Positions 17,615 to 26,791 of a DNA stretch of 64,000 nt are shown here, piece by piece. Origin of the DNA: a virus (Duplodnaviria; Caudoviricetes). Where the stretch lies: positions 32,001 to 96,000 of IMG/VR virus record IMGVR_UViG_3300037991_006036. The stretch is one strand, 5' to 3'. A program made the position numbers and the translations under genes. The notes beneath the pieces are model-generated. The model did not search any database, was not told where the DNA came from, and saw only the letters and a program-made list of their open reading frames with translations. Each line of letters starts with the position of its first letter. Position 1 is the stretch's first letter.

Positions 17615-19068
17615 TTTCCTACTAAAATTGCATCTTGCGCTTGATCTACTACAATAGAACCAATAGTTTCAGGTTCTATCAAACTTGGATCTGTTGATAC
17701 TCCTACTTGACAAAATTCCACATCATCTATAATACATCCAAAATATGTATCATCATCTAAACTTCCACTAGCTTCAAAAACCAATTGAGCGTTTGTTCCA
17801 TATTGTACTACGTTAATATTGAAACTTTCAATTAAGAATCCAGTAGCTGGATTAATGAAGGACATTGCTGGATTGTTTTTTATTCTAACAATGTTATTTT
17901 CGGGTGGATAGAATCCTGCTGTACCTGCTACTCGATCAACTGTATTTCCAACATTTGGTTTTACATTAAAAATGTATACAAGTAATTGACTATTTTCTCC
18001 GGTGTCAGGAAACATATCGATTGTAGTATCTTTTTTAAGGTTAAATTTTACATTAAAAATAGCACCATTTGTGTTAAAAATATCTACGGTATTTGTGAAA
18101 CCATTGACTGGTGTTGTCCATGTAGTGAACCATTCGACTCCAGTGTATGGTGGATTATATACACCAGTGGCAGAAGATCCAGTTGCTATTGTTGGAAAGA
18201 ACAATCTTCGTCGCTTCAATTCATTTGATAGGTTTATTTTAACTGCAGTAGTTTGTGAGTTGGATTGTGAAGCATATCCAGCTAAAGATGCACTTATGTC
18301 GTATCTTGAGATTCCAATGCCTCCTGCTAGATCGTAAAACCTTCCATCAAAAGATCCAGTAGATGCATCTCCAAAAGTTATCATTTCTGGATTAGTGCCG
18401 TTGGGAAGAGGGGCTTGTACTGCTACAGCTACACCATCCTCCTGATATCCTGGAATTGTAGAGCTGAATGCACTTGGTTGAGCATATGGTACAATTTGAG
18501 TATTGGTACCATCTCTGTGGATTGTTGAAGGTTCATATACGTTTTGAGTCCCATTTTTAATTGTTGTGTAAACCATTTTAGAATGAGTCATAAAAGGTTC
18601 TATTGCTTTCCAACTAGAAGTAATTGGGTATGCAGCTATTCCTCTTTCTGTAAAAGCACTATATCCGTTTGTGTAAAAAAAGCTAGCACTGCTATATGTA
18701 AAGGTGTATGTTGTTGTGTTTGCATAACTTTCTCCAGTGCTTTCATTTACTCTAGTGAACCCAGATTGAGTTGGTACTAAACAATTCCATAAAAAATCTG
18801 CTGCTGGACTTCCCCACGGTAATGCTCCTGCACTTGTTGATAATGGTGCAGATTCTCTTGTTAAGATTGTTGGATTATTAGCTCCACCGTAAATTGTGCC
18901 ATATTCATAGAAACCGTTTATCATTGATAAACCTTGACCATTCCATGAAGCAATATTATATAGATTTGGCCAACCGATTGGCAAAGTTAGGGATGCTGAG
19001 GGACACCACTTATAATAAAAATCAAACACATGTTTGTATACGTATCTTCCGTCTTCTAGTACTGGCAT
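17611..19068 (-). CDS. Putative virion structural protein
   Basis: 485 aa, Ser/Thr/Gly/Asn-rich with beta-type composition; in a late operon. Confidence 0.6.
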   Translation of the reverse strand: MPVLEDGRYVYKHVFDFYYKWCPSASLTLPIGWPNLYNIASWNGQGLSMINGFYEYGTIYGGANNPTILTRESAPLSTSAGALPWGSPAADFLWNCLVPTQSGFTRVNESTGESYANTTTYTFTYSSASFFYTNGYSAFTERGIAAYPITSSWKAIEPFMTHSKMVYTTIKNGTQNVYEPSTIHRDGTNTQIVPYAQPSAFSSTIPGYQEDGVAVAVQAPLPNGTNPEMITFGDASTGSFDGRFYDLAGGIGISRYDISASLAGYASQSNSQTTAVKINLSNELKRRRLFFPTIATGSSATGVYNPPYTGVEWFTTWTTPVNGFTNTVDIFNTNGAIFNVKFNLKKDTTIDMFPDTGENSQLLVYIFNVKPNVGNTVDRVAGTAGFYPPENNIVRIKNNPAMSFINPATGFLIESFNINVVQYGTNAQLVFEASGSLDDDTYFGCIIDDVEFCQVGVSTDPSLIEPETIGSIVVDQAQDAILVGK

Positions 19069-19077
19069 ATATCTTTT

Positions 19078-21210
19078 TTATGGGCTAAATGATCCACTCT
19101 GGACAGCAGTGAAGTATTGAAACTTTACTATGCTAGCTTGGCAGGTGTTTGACGGTATTTCAGTCTTTACATTAACCTGCAAATCATTCAAAAACGTAAC
19201 GTATTCGGACTGCTCTCCAGTGTAATTAAAGTATTCTATTTTAAAGTCTAACGATTGCGATATAGCAAGTATGTCGTCAATCTCAGTATTCATTGGTATT
19301 TGAAACTGTACTAAGTTTGGAGAAAAGCCGTTAATGGCTAGAGGTTTTATACTAACCTCACTCACATAAGCATTACCAGTTTCGTTAGCAAAGTTGATTG
19401 GTTTTGCTCTAAACACTGGACCTCCTAATCCTGATGCATCAGTTTTAAAGTCAAACTCAACTCTACCGTAATTTTTTTGTATATTTCTTTTGTTTTGCAC
19501 TCTACCTACAAATTTTCCAAAACGATTAAAACCTCCACCATACCTTGTTTTTTCTAAGTTTATATCTTTTAAGAAAGCTCTTGTGTAATTTTGAGGTAAA
19601 GATGTGTTTGTGCTTAGTGGATCACTATTCATATAAAGCTCCAACTCCATATTAGCATCTAAAGTTAGATTAAATCCTAATGTATATATTTGGTCAATGT
19701 TGTAGTTTTGATTAAATTGAGTTGTAAATAATCCTGAATGTGTGTGTGCACACTCTATTATTGCGCTTTCGTGCAATGATGAACTATTAATTGCTGGAAT
19801 AATCCCAGGATATATTGCTTCAGGTGTTTCTACTAAATAACTCCAATAATCTACTGCTATTTGTTGTTTTGTAAAATGACCTATTAATCTAAAATCCGAA
19901 TCTCTTTTAGCGTAGGTAGTTTGATTAGGAAATTGTGCATCTGTTAAATATTCCACTGGTTGCACAAGCGAATCATATATTACTTTATAATCTCCAGTTG
20001 ATGTGCCTTTTCTGTATGAAGTTTTTATCCTATAAACATCTCCACCAATAGGTTTAAGGTCTGCAAAGGTGGTTTCTAGATAATTCATATTTACTGTTGA
20101 GCTTGTAACAAACGATTGATCGGATGGTAAGTAGGCGATGCTCGCTTTAAATTGACTAGCTTCGCGAACTTTTTGAGTTGTAGTGAATCCTCCTCCCAAT
20201 ACATTATTATCTAGTGTTATTAGTTCAATTGGTTTACTAATCCTCATCTCTGTGTCTGTCATCACCTCTACTATGTTTGCAGTGAATCCTTCAAGTTGAG
20301 AAGACACGCTTCCGGATACTGAGAAGTTTGAAGGTATTGTAGGTAGGATTGTAGAGGGTGTGTTTGATGCATCAAAAAACTGAAAGGTTCCTCCTAGAAA
20401 ATCTTTTTGAATTGTTCTATCTGCTGATTTTACTGTTGTACTAAATCTGGTTGATAAATCTCGTCGATATCCGTTTTGGATTTCTGATATTTCTTGTCGT
20501 AGTGAAGAGTTGACACTATTTACAGTTGAAGGTTTTTGTAGTGGGTTTAGTAGTATTCTTTGTAAGTTTACATCTAAGATCTCTTCACTAGATTGAAAAT
20601 CTAGATCGTACCCCTTAAAACTAGGTGTGACTATTTTATAGTCGCTTGTGCTTGATGTGTATTGTAAAAACTGACTGCCACTCAAAGATGAAGCGTTTGT
20701 AAACTCTCTTTCTGGAGTTTGCACTTGGACTATGTCAATTAGAGGTGGATCATTGAATACTAGCTTTGAAGTGTTTCTTTCCATAGGTACAATATTAACA
20801 GCTCGCGACCATCTAACATTATAATCTCTTGAGGGAGACTCTGGTATTGGATTACCCTCTAGATCGATAATAGCTTCACCTACTAAGTAAACAACTGCTA
20901 AACCTTTAGCAGTAATATCATACACTTCAATTGTTATATAATAATCATTAAACCTATCAACATAATCGTTTACCTCAGCAAATATATTGTCACCATTTGC
21001 ATCAATTACTTCTATATCGATATCGCTATCTGCTCGAAGATTCAAGCCATTTCCTTTCAATCGCATTATATAACGACCACCTCCTAATGTATCAGAAAAC
21101 TCTGTGATCTGAAAATAATCAGGTGAATCAGGACTTGTATCTTCTACAAGATAATCTCTTGTTGAGTATCCTCTCGGTTGTGGTTTTTTATAAAAAGAAA
21201 CGAAGCTCAT
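19078..21210 (-). CDS. Putative tail/baseplate structural protein
   Basis: 710 aa, beta-rich; late motif 5 nt upstream of the ATG. Confidence 0.65.
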   Translation of the reverse strand: MSFVSFYKKPQPRGYSTRDYLVEDTSPDSPDYFQITEFSDTLGGGRYIMRLKGNGLNLRADSDIDIEVIDANGDNIFAEVNDYVDRFNDYYITIEVYDITAKGLAVVYLVGEAIIDLEGNPIPESPSRDYNVRWSRAVNIVPMERNTSKLVFNDPPLIDIVQVQTPEREFTNASSLSGSQFLQYTSSTSDYKIVTPSFKGYDLDFQSSEEILDVNLQRILLNPLQKPSTVNSVNSSLRQEISEIQNGYRRDLSTRFSTTVKSADRTIQKDFLGGTFQFFDASNTPSTILPTIPSNFSVSGSVSSQLEGFTANIVEVMTDTEMRISKPIELITLDNNVLGGGFTTTQKVREASQFKASIAYLPSDQSFVTSSTVNMNYLETTFADLKPIGGDVYRIKTSYRKGTSTGDYKVIYDSLVQPVEYLTDAQFPNQTTYAKRDSDFRLIGHFTKQQIAVDYWSYLVETPEAIYPGIIPAINSSSLHESAIIECAHTHSGLFTTQFNQNYNIDQIYTLGFNLTLDANMELELYMNSDPLSTNTSLPQNYTRAFLKDINLEKTRYGGGFNRFGKFVGRVQNKRNIQKNYGRVEFDFKTDASGLGGPVFRAKPINFANETGNAYVSEVSIKPLAINGFSPNLVQFQIPMNTEIDDILAISQSLDFKIEYFNYTGEQSEYVTFLNDLQVNVKTEIPSNTCQASIVKFQYFTAVQSGSFSP

Positions 21211-21215
21211 ATACT

Positions 21216-21223
21216 AATAAATA
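21216..21223 (-). promoter_or_regulatory. Late promoter-like motif TATTTATT
   Basis: 5 nt before ATG 21210, where the block switches from replication to structural genes. Confidence 0.65.
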
Positions 21224-21229
21224 GTATTG

Positions 21230-24200
21230 TTAACAGTTTATATACGACAAATCGTTTTTTCTGTCGATTGTTAAAATACTGTCAACCATATCTCTCACAA
21301 CATCGATGTGAGATATCACTAAACTAAATCTGAAAATATCTTTCATATTAGTAAATAATGTGTGCATTGAGTTGAGATTCGTACTGTCTAAAACTCCTAA
21401 ACCTTCATCTATTGCAATGAAATCTGGTTTTGGAAGATTAGTAATCTTAATTAGAGCTATACGTAAAGCAATTGAAGATAGGAATCTTTCCATGCCTGAG
21501 CTCAACTCTAATGGCCATTTTTCATCTTCATAACAAATGAATCCATTTATATTTTTACCGTCAGTTTCTAGTGCTATTTCAAAATCAATAATTTGATTCA
21601 GTATGATGTTAGCGTGCTGTTCTATATAAGGAACAGCTTTTGATATTAACTGAAATGGTATTCCATCTTTGTACATTGCTTTACAATACAAATCATAAAT
21701 ATACTGATCTTCTACCAATTGTGTCATGTGTTGTATAGTCTTTGTACACTCTTCGATGGTTTCTTCAGCTACACACTTTTTAGCATAAAAATCACGCACA
21801 GACTTGTTTGCTTTCTGTACAATTATAGATTGTTTATTTTTTTCTTTGTTTAGTTGATTTACTTTTTCGTTGATTATTTTATTACGTTCTATAATTTTTA
21901 AAGATTTATTGTATCTTCTAATATCTGCCTTTGTGTCTGTAATGGATTGCTTGCATGTAGCAATCTTTGAAATTAACTTTTCATATTCAGATTCAGCATC
22001 ACTTTTATCTGCTCTTGCAGCGTTATAGTCTGTTGCTAGTGTTTTTATATACTCTGCTTGATCTTGGATTTCTTTATTATCTTCGATAAAATCTACAATC
22101 CTCATACGCTTTTGCAAAAAGTCTGCTACCGTTGTCTTATCGTCCTCAAGCTCCTGCTTTGTAGTTATAGCATCTTGTACGAACACATTAGAAGTACAAT
22201 AGCTGCAGTTTGGATCATACTCATGTTTATTGAGTTTTTCGAGCTTTGATAACTTGTTTTTGATTGTGATTTTCAACTCACCCAATTCAGTGTCAAGTTG
22301 TACTTTCTCAGCTGTTTTGGTTTGATAATCGTTGTACAAGTCTGTATCGAAGCTGTTGAGTGCTCGCTCCTTATCATACTCTAATCCGGTTAATTTCTTC
22401 TTTGCAGCCTCCCAATTTTTTGTTGATGTTTTTTTGTCAGCTTGTAATGTTTTGAGGTTTTCTTGATGAGTTTCCAGATCAGTATTTAGTTGATCAATGT
22501 CTAAATCTTCTTCATCACATTGTTCTATTTTTTCAGATAATCCAATTATTTTATCTATTTGATCGTCTAATACAGCTTTCTGTGTTTTATGATGATCAAC
22601 TGCATCGTCATGCTTTTGTGTGTAATCACCTAAGGAATTTTCAGCATCACCTAGTTTGGTTTCAAAATCTTGCTTTTGATACTCTTCAAGCACAATTGCA
22701 GCATTTCTATTGTTCTTATTTGCTAGGTCATGCAATTGATCGAATATAGTTACATCTAAGAAATTGGCTAATAAGTCCTTTCTTTCACTTTGTGTCTTAT
22801 CGATAAAGTTAGAGTTGTTTTGTTGTAGTGATAGCGCAGTTAGAATAAAATCATCAAACGTACCAACATAAGATTGTATGATCTTATCTGTATCACGTCT
22901 CTGCTCTCCATTCAACGACACTTTATCACCATCCTCATTTATGTACCAGAAATCTATCTCTACACGCAGTCTTCCTTTTAGTGCGCCACTCCGGTACTTA
23001 AAGGCTTTTTTGTGAATGAAATAGTCCAATCCTTCCAGCTCAAAGTTGAAGGTACACTCGAATGATTCTTTCTTGCGATTGAGTACTTGATCAGCTTTGC
23101 TAGCTCTAAAAGAGTGATCGAATAGGCAAAAGCATAGAGCGTCTAATATAGCAGACTTACCGGCATGGTTAGGTGCAAATATCCCGCAAGTACCCATCTT
23201 CGTGCTGAAGTCTATGGTATTGTTTTCACCATAACTAAACATGTTGCTAAACTCAAACTTCTTAGGCTTCCACACAACATTACGTGCTGCTTCTGGTTGC
23301 TGTAACTCTTGGTTTAGCTTTTTATTTATTTTCAAAACCTTATCAATTGAGTCTTGATCAACTCCTTCATCTGTAAGGTAATCAGTTAGTAGTTGGTTTT
23401 GATATTGAAGGTTCCGCACGTCTCCTTGGTCAAGCTGTGCGTTAAGATGATTGTCTCCGTGTTTGCTGCCTTTATCGAGTTTGATAACTATTGCATCTCG
23501 GTTTTTGTACTTTTTACGAATCGTAGCTAGTATCCGTTTCATCTGGGCAGCATCTGTATTTATTGTTTTGATTCGCAGTCTTGTATTCTTTGTTATTGGT
23601 AAATTGTCTGCTAACACTCCATCAGTAACCTCTAACGTATAATATCCATATTCGTTAGGTAAATCATGAAACTCGTATTTGATATCCTTTCGATCTCTTA
23701 TATCAATAATACCATATCCATGTCCTTCGTATGCTTCTCCAAAGTTTTGCTGTACAGTTGAGCCTGGATAAAACATTAATGGATTCTCTGCAGATAATAC
23801 TTGACGTTTATGTATATCTCCTAGTGGTGCTAGATCAAAGCCAGCAAACTTATCCCAACTTAATCCGTGTTCAATATTCATACCACTATCAACTTTACTA
23901 TTAGCTACTGTACCATGATACAAAGCCATTAAAAGATCATATTGATCAGGATTATCTATCTTATCATATGTAATATAATCATCAGTTTCGCCTAATAAAG
24001 AAAACACACTAAGTCCTATTTTTTGTCCTGGAGCTTCTAATTCATACAATCCTGAATCTCTCAAGTAGTAAAGATCTGGATGTCGTAGCCCTTCAACGAT
24101 TGGAGTTAGCGCATCTAATCTGTGTGGATTATTTAAGTTTGCATCGTGGTTTCCTGTGATTACAAATGTAGGTCTTCTGTCAGCTAATCCTTCAAACAAG

Positions 24201-24421
24201 TACGACACCATATTGATAAGTTCTGGACTCATCTCAGTTTTAGCATGAACAATATCACCTCCAACAGTCACAATAGTGTTGCTAGAACACTTCTCTAATT
24301 CCTTGAACATCTTGTCAAAAACCTGCTTAAACTCCTTATGTCGCTTCCAATTCCTGATGTGTACATCAGCGATGTGAAAAATATAATCAACGGTATTGGG
24401 TAGTTGAATCTTCTTTATCAT
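21230..24421 (-). CDS. Fused Mre11/SbcD nuclease - Rad50/SbcC ATPase (gp47-gp46 fusion)
   Basis: Metallophosphoesterase motifs HIADVH, GGD, GNHD, YHG, GDIH; Walker A APNHAGKS; Q-loop LQQ; long coiled coil with CSYC zinc hook; signature LSSGME; Walker B IAIDEG; ISH. Confidence 0.93.
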   Translation of the reverse strand: MIKKIQLPNTVDYIFHIADVHIRNWKRHKEFKQVFDKMFKELEKCSSNTIVTVGGDIVHAKTEMSPELINMVSYLFEGLADRRPTFVITGNHDANLNNPHRLDALTPIVEGLRHPDLYYLRDSGLYELEAPGQKIGLSVFSLLGETDDYITYDKIDNPDQYDLLMALYHGTVANSKVDSGMNIEHGLSWDKFAGFDLAPLGDIHKRQVLSAENPLMFYPGSTVQQNFGEAYEGHGYGIIDIRDRKDIKYEFHDLPNEYGYYTLEVTDGVLADNLPITKNTRLRIKTINTDAAQMKRILATIRKKYKNRDAIVIKLDKGSKHGDNHLNAQLDQGDVRNLQYQNQLLTDYLTDEGVDQDSIDKVLKINKKLNQELQQPEAARNVVWKPKKFEFSNMFSYGENNTIDFSTKMGTCGIFAPNHAGKSAILDALCFCLFDHSFRASKADQVLNRKKESFECTFNFELEGLDYFIHKKAFKYRSGALKGRLRVEIDFWYINEDGDKVSLNGEQRRDTDKIIQSYVGTFDDFILTALSLQQNNSNFIDKTQSERKDLLANFLDVTIFDQLHDLANKNNRNAAIVLEEYQKQDFETKLGDAENSLGDYTQKHDDAVDHHKTQKAVLDDQIDKIIGLSEKIEQCDEEDLDIDQLNTDLETHQENLKTLQADKKTSTKNWEAAKKKLTGLEYDKERALNSFDTDLYNDYQTKTAEKVQLDTELGELKITIKNKLSKLEKLNKHEYDPNCSYCTSNVFVQDAITTKQELEDDKTTVADFLQKRMRIVDFIEDNKEIQDQAEYIKTLATDYNAARADKSDAESEYEKLISKIATCKQSITDTKADIRRYNKSLKIIERNKIINEKVNQLNKEKNKQSIIVQKANKSVRDFYAKKCVAEETIEECTKTIQHMTQLVEDQYIYDLYCKAMYKDGIPFQLISKAVPYIEQHANIILNQIIDFEIALETDGKNINGFICYEDEKWPLELSSGMERFLSSIALRIALIKITNLPKPDFIAIDEGLGVLDSTNLNSMHTLFTNMKDIFRFSLVISHIDVVRDMVDSILTIDRKNDLSYINC

Positions 24422-25341
24422 ATGTTCATTTTATACTTAATCAAATCAAAAAAGCTAAGCTGTTGAGCCTGCTCTAACGCATGTAACATGCCTTTGTATC
24501 CAGTTTCGTTTGGATCTTTGTCTTTGAGGTTGGTGTAGTAAACTGCTATACCATTATTAACAAAATACTCTATCTCTTCTAAACTATCCTTATATGCGTC
24601 TGGATCCAGCGCTAGATATAATTTAGGAGGTCTTTCGTGTAAAATACGTGATCTCAGAGTTGGAAGTATCTTTTTACCAAACAAAGGTATTACGTTCCGT
24701 TTAGTTGATATTGCATCAAACGCACCCTCTACTATTACAATTGGCTCTTTCCAATTTATATGACTCCCAAACCCTATAACATCCTTTGATACTGGTGGAT
24801 TTTTGTGTTTATGTTCTGTATCATAGAAACTTCTACCAGCATAGTAGTTTAAGAATCCATCCTCATTATAGCTAGGAACAATTAACATACCTCCATAAGG
24901 TCCATCTTCACAATAACCAATTTCATACTTTACTATATCGATAGGAGAAAGCCCTCGTTTGCGGATAGCATAATGTAATGCGTTTTTGTAGTGAGGAGTG
25001 TTTTGTTGGTTGTGTAGTGGCTTGTATTGAGCTGGTAAAGAGTATAGTGTGTTAGATTTTTTTGTTTGAGTTGTAACCTTTGTATCACCATAAACTTCTC
25101 GTATTTTAGGAAAAACGAAGTCTGGAGCTTTGCTTTTTCTTAATAGTGAGTTTATAGTTTGACCACGAGCATTACACACCCAGCAATGCCATTTTTGTGT
25201 TAATATATTTACTTGTAGTTTCTTTTTGTGATGATTACAGAATGGACAATGAAAGCTCTTTTCCCCATTTTTATGCGGTATAGATCTTCCCAAGTGACCA
25301 TGCAACACCTTCATCACAACCTCAGTCTGTGATACATTCAT
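24418..25341 (-). CDS. DNA primase (zinc ribbon + TOPRIM)
   Basis: CPFC...HCWVC, IVEGAFDA, LALDPDA, KDPNE. Confidence 0.9.
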   Translation of the reverse strand: MNVSQTEVVMKVLHGHLGRSIPHKNGEKSFHCPFCNHHKKKLQVNILTQKWHCWVCNARGQTINSLLRKSKAPDFVFPKIREVYGDTKVTTQTKKSNTLYSLPAQYKPLHNQQNTPHYKNALHYAIRKRGLSPIDIVKYEIGYCEDGPYGGMLIVPSYNEDGFLNYYAGRSFYDTEHKHKNPPVSKDVIGFGSHINWKEPIVIVEGAFDAISTKRNVIPLFGKKILPTLRSRILHERPPKLYLALDPDAYKDSLEEIEYFVNNGIAVYYTNLKDKDPNETGYKGMLHALEQAQQLSFFDLIKYKMNI

Positions 25342-25347
25342 ATACTA

Positions 25348-25376
25348 ACTATACAAAAAACTATTCGTTTAACCAA
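25348..25376 (-). promoter_or_regulatory. Sigma70-like promoter candidate for the primase operon
   Basis: TTGGTT-N17-TATAGT, ending 6 nt before the primase ATG. Confidence 0.4.
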
Positions 25377-25768
25377 CTTTCTGGGATCTCTTTATCACTA
25401 TACAAAAAGTTGTTTTTTACACACCAATCTGCATAAGTTGTTTTTGATCCCTTTCTAATTTTATTTCTAGAATTTTGAAATACAAATCGTATATCCAACT
25501 CTGGATGTTGGCTTTTTATTAAAATATGCTTTTTACGATCTGCTAGCACAAATCTACCTTTTGTTTCAATAAAAATGCCATTTGGTAGTTTGAAGTCTGG
25601 AGTGTAAGTATGGTGAGTAGCTGGTTTTGTGTATGATATTTTGTGTTGTTCATACTCACCATTAACACCATGACTTTTTAATGACCTATCTATATCTTCT
25701 TCTAAGCCACTTCTAAATCCATGCTTCTTAGCTATTGCTCTTTTGCTTGATTTTTTTCTTCTGGCCAT
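25361..25768 (-). CDS. Endonuclease I-type Holliday junction resolvase (T7 gp3-like)
   Basis: FRSGLE, YTPDFKLPNGIFIETKGRF...DRKKH, LDIRFVF, TTYADWC. Confidence 0.93.
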   Translation of the reverse strand: MARRKKSSKRAIAKKHGFRSGLEEDIDRSLKSHGVNGEYEQHKISYTKPATHHTYTPDFKLPNGIFIETKGRFVLADRKKHILIKSQHPELDIRFVFQNSRNKIRKGSKTTYADWCVKNNFLYSDKEIPESWLNE

Positions 25769-26127
25769 AACTGTTGTATTTTGTAATTTCGATCAAATAA
25801 TTTAGCTGAGGTTTCTTTCATTCCATACAGACTAATTACTAAATCTATGTTATCTTTTTCAAAAGATTTACATGAATAAATATCTAGCTGATAATCCAAA
25901 GTATTGTCCCATGTGTGTATTGCAATGTGTGATGTTGTAATAATACCAACACCCGATACTCCTGGATGTTCGTTAGGTTCATATCCTACAACTGGGTTTA
26001 TTGGCATTGTTTCAACATATTTCATGTTGAGTGCTTTTACTAAGTTGTTTATTAGATCTGTTACTTGATCGACTGTCAAGGTACTGTCTAAAGTTCCTTT
26101 GGATATGAGGTGTTTATGGTCGAGCAT
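25732..26127 (-). CDS. speD: Pyruvoyl-dependent S-adenosylmethionine decarboxylase-family proenzyme
   Basis: GVSGVGIITTSHIAIHTW (self-cleavage Ser-His) and LDIYSC (catalytic Cys); size fits class 1B. Confidence 0.85.
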   Translation of the reverse strand: MLDHKHLISKGTLDSTLTVDQVTDLINNLVKALNMKYVETMPINPVVGYEPNEHPGVSGVGIITTSHIAIHTWDNTLDYQLDIYSCKSFEKDNIDLVISLYGMKETSAKLFDRNYKIQQLWPEEKNQAKEQ

Positions 26128-26128
26128 A

Positions 26129-26791
26129 TTAATATACTTTTAGAAAAGATAACATTTTTGGTTCGTGTAAGTATTCTAAATGATCTATTCCAAAGTACTT
26201 TGCTTTAATCTTAGATTGTTCATACTCATCAAAGCTATCTTCTGATATTAACGGCTTCAAATCCTCGTAAACTTTCTCCCAATCTTGACTCAAAATTAAA
26301 TCTTCTAAGAATCTTACATGTTGCTTATATAATTCAAAATCATGAAAATCATGTTCGATGTGCATTAACTCAAAAACTTTACCATCCTCTATCCAATCAA
26401 TACAAAAATCAGCCATATACTTAGGCTTAATATTGATTAGTTTTTGCAGACGTTTGTTGTGTTTGGCAAACTCTTTTAGCTGCTCTAACGCTTCACCAGC
26501 ATACCCGTATCTGGTGTTTAAATGGCAGTGGTCTAAGAAAATGTGGGGGTGAGGTGTGTCTTGAGACATCCAATCTTGAAAGCATGCAGATGCATCTGTA
26601 GGTCGTCCAGGTACAAGTATATGGCCTGGGATGTTGGATTGTTTATGGTATTCGCCTTCTACATAAGTTAATTCGTATCCAATACGATCAAAAAAATCTG
26701 GTATGATCATTTTTTCAAATACGGTTTCATCTTCTAAAGGTTTTATAATATATGGGTAATCAACTAAATGGTAATTAAGTTTACTTATCAT
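26129..26791 (-). CDS. Hypothetical protein
   Basis: 220 aa, coupled to neighbours; no family recognised. Confidence 0.7.
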   Translation of the reverse strand: MISKLNYHLVDYPYIIKPLEDETVFEKMIIPDFFDRIGYELTYVEGEYHKQSNIPGHILVPGRPTDASACFQDWMSQDTPHPHIFLDHCHLNTRYGYAGEALEQLKEFAKHNKRLQKLINIKPKYMADFCIDWIEDGKVFELMHIEHDFHDFELYKQHVRFLEDLILSQDWEKVYEDLKPLISEDSFDEYEQSKIKAKYFGIDHLEYLHEPKMLSFLKVY

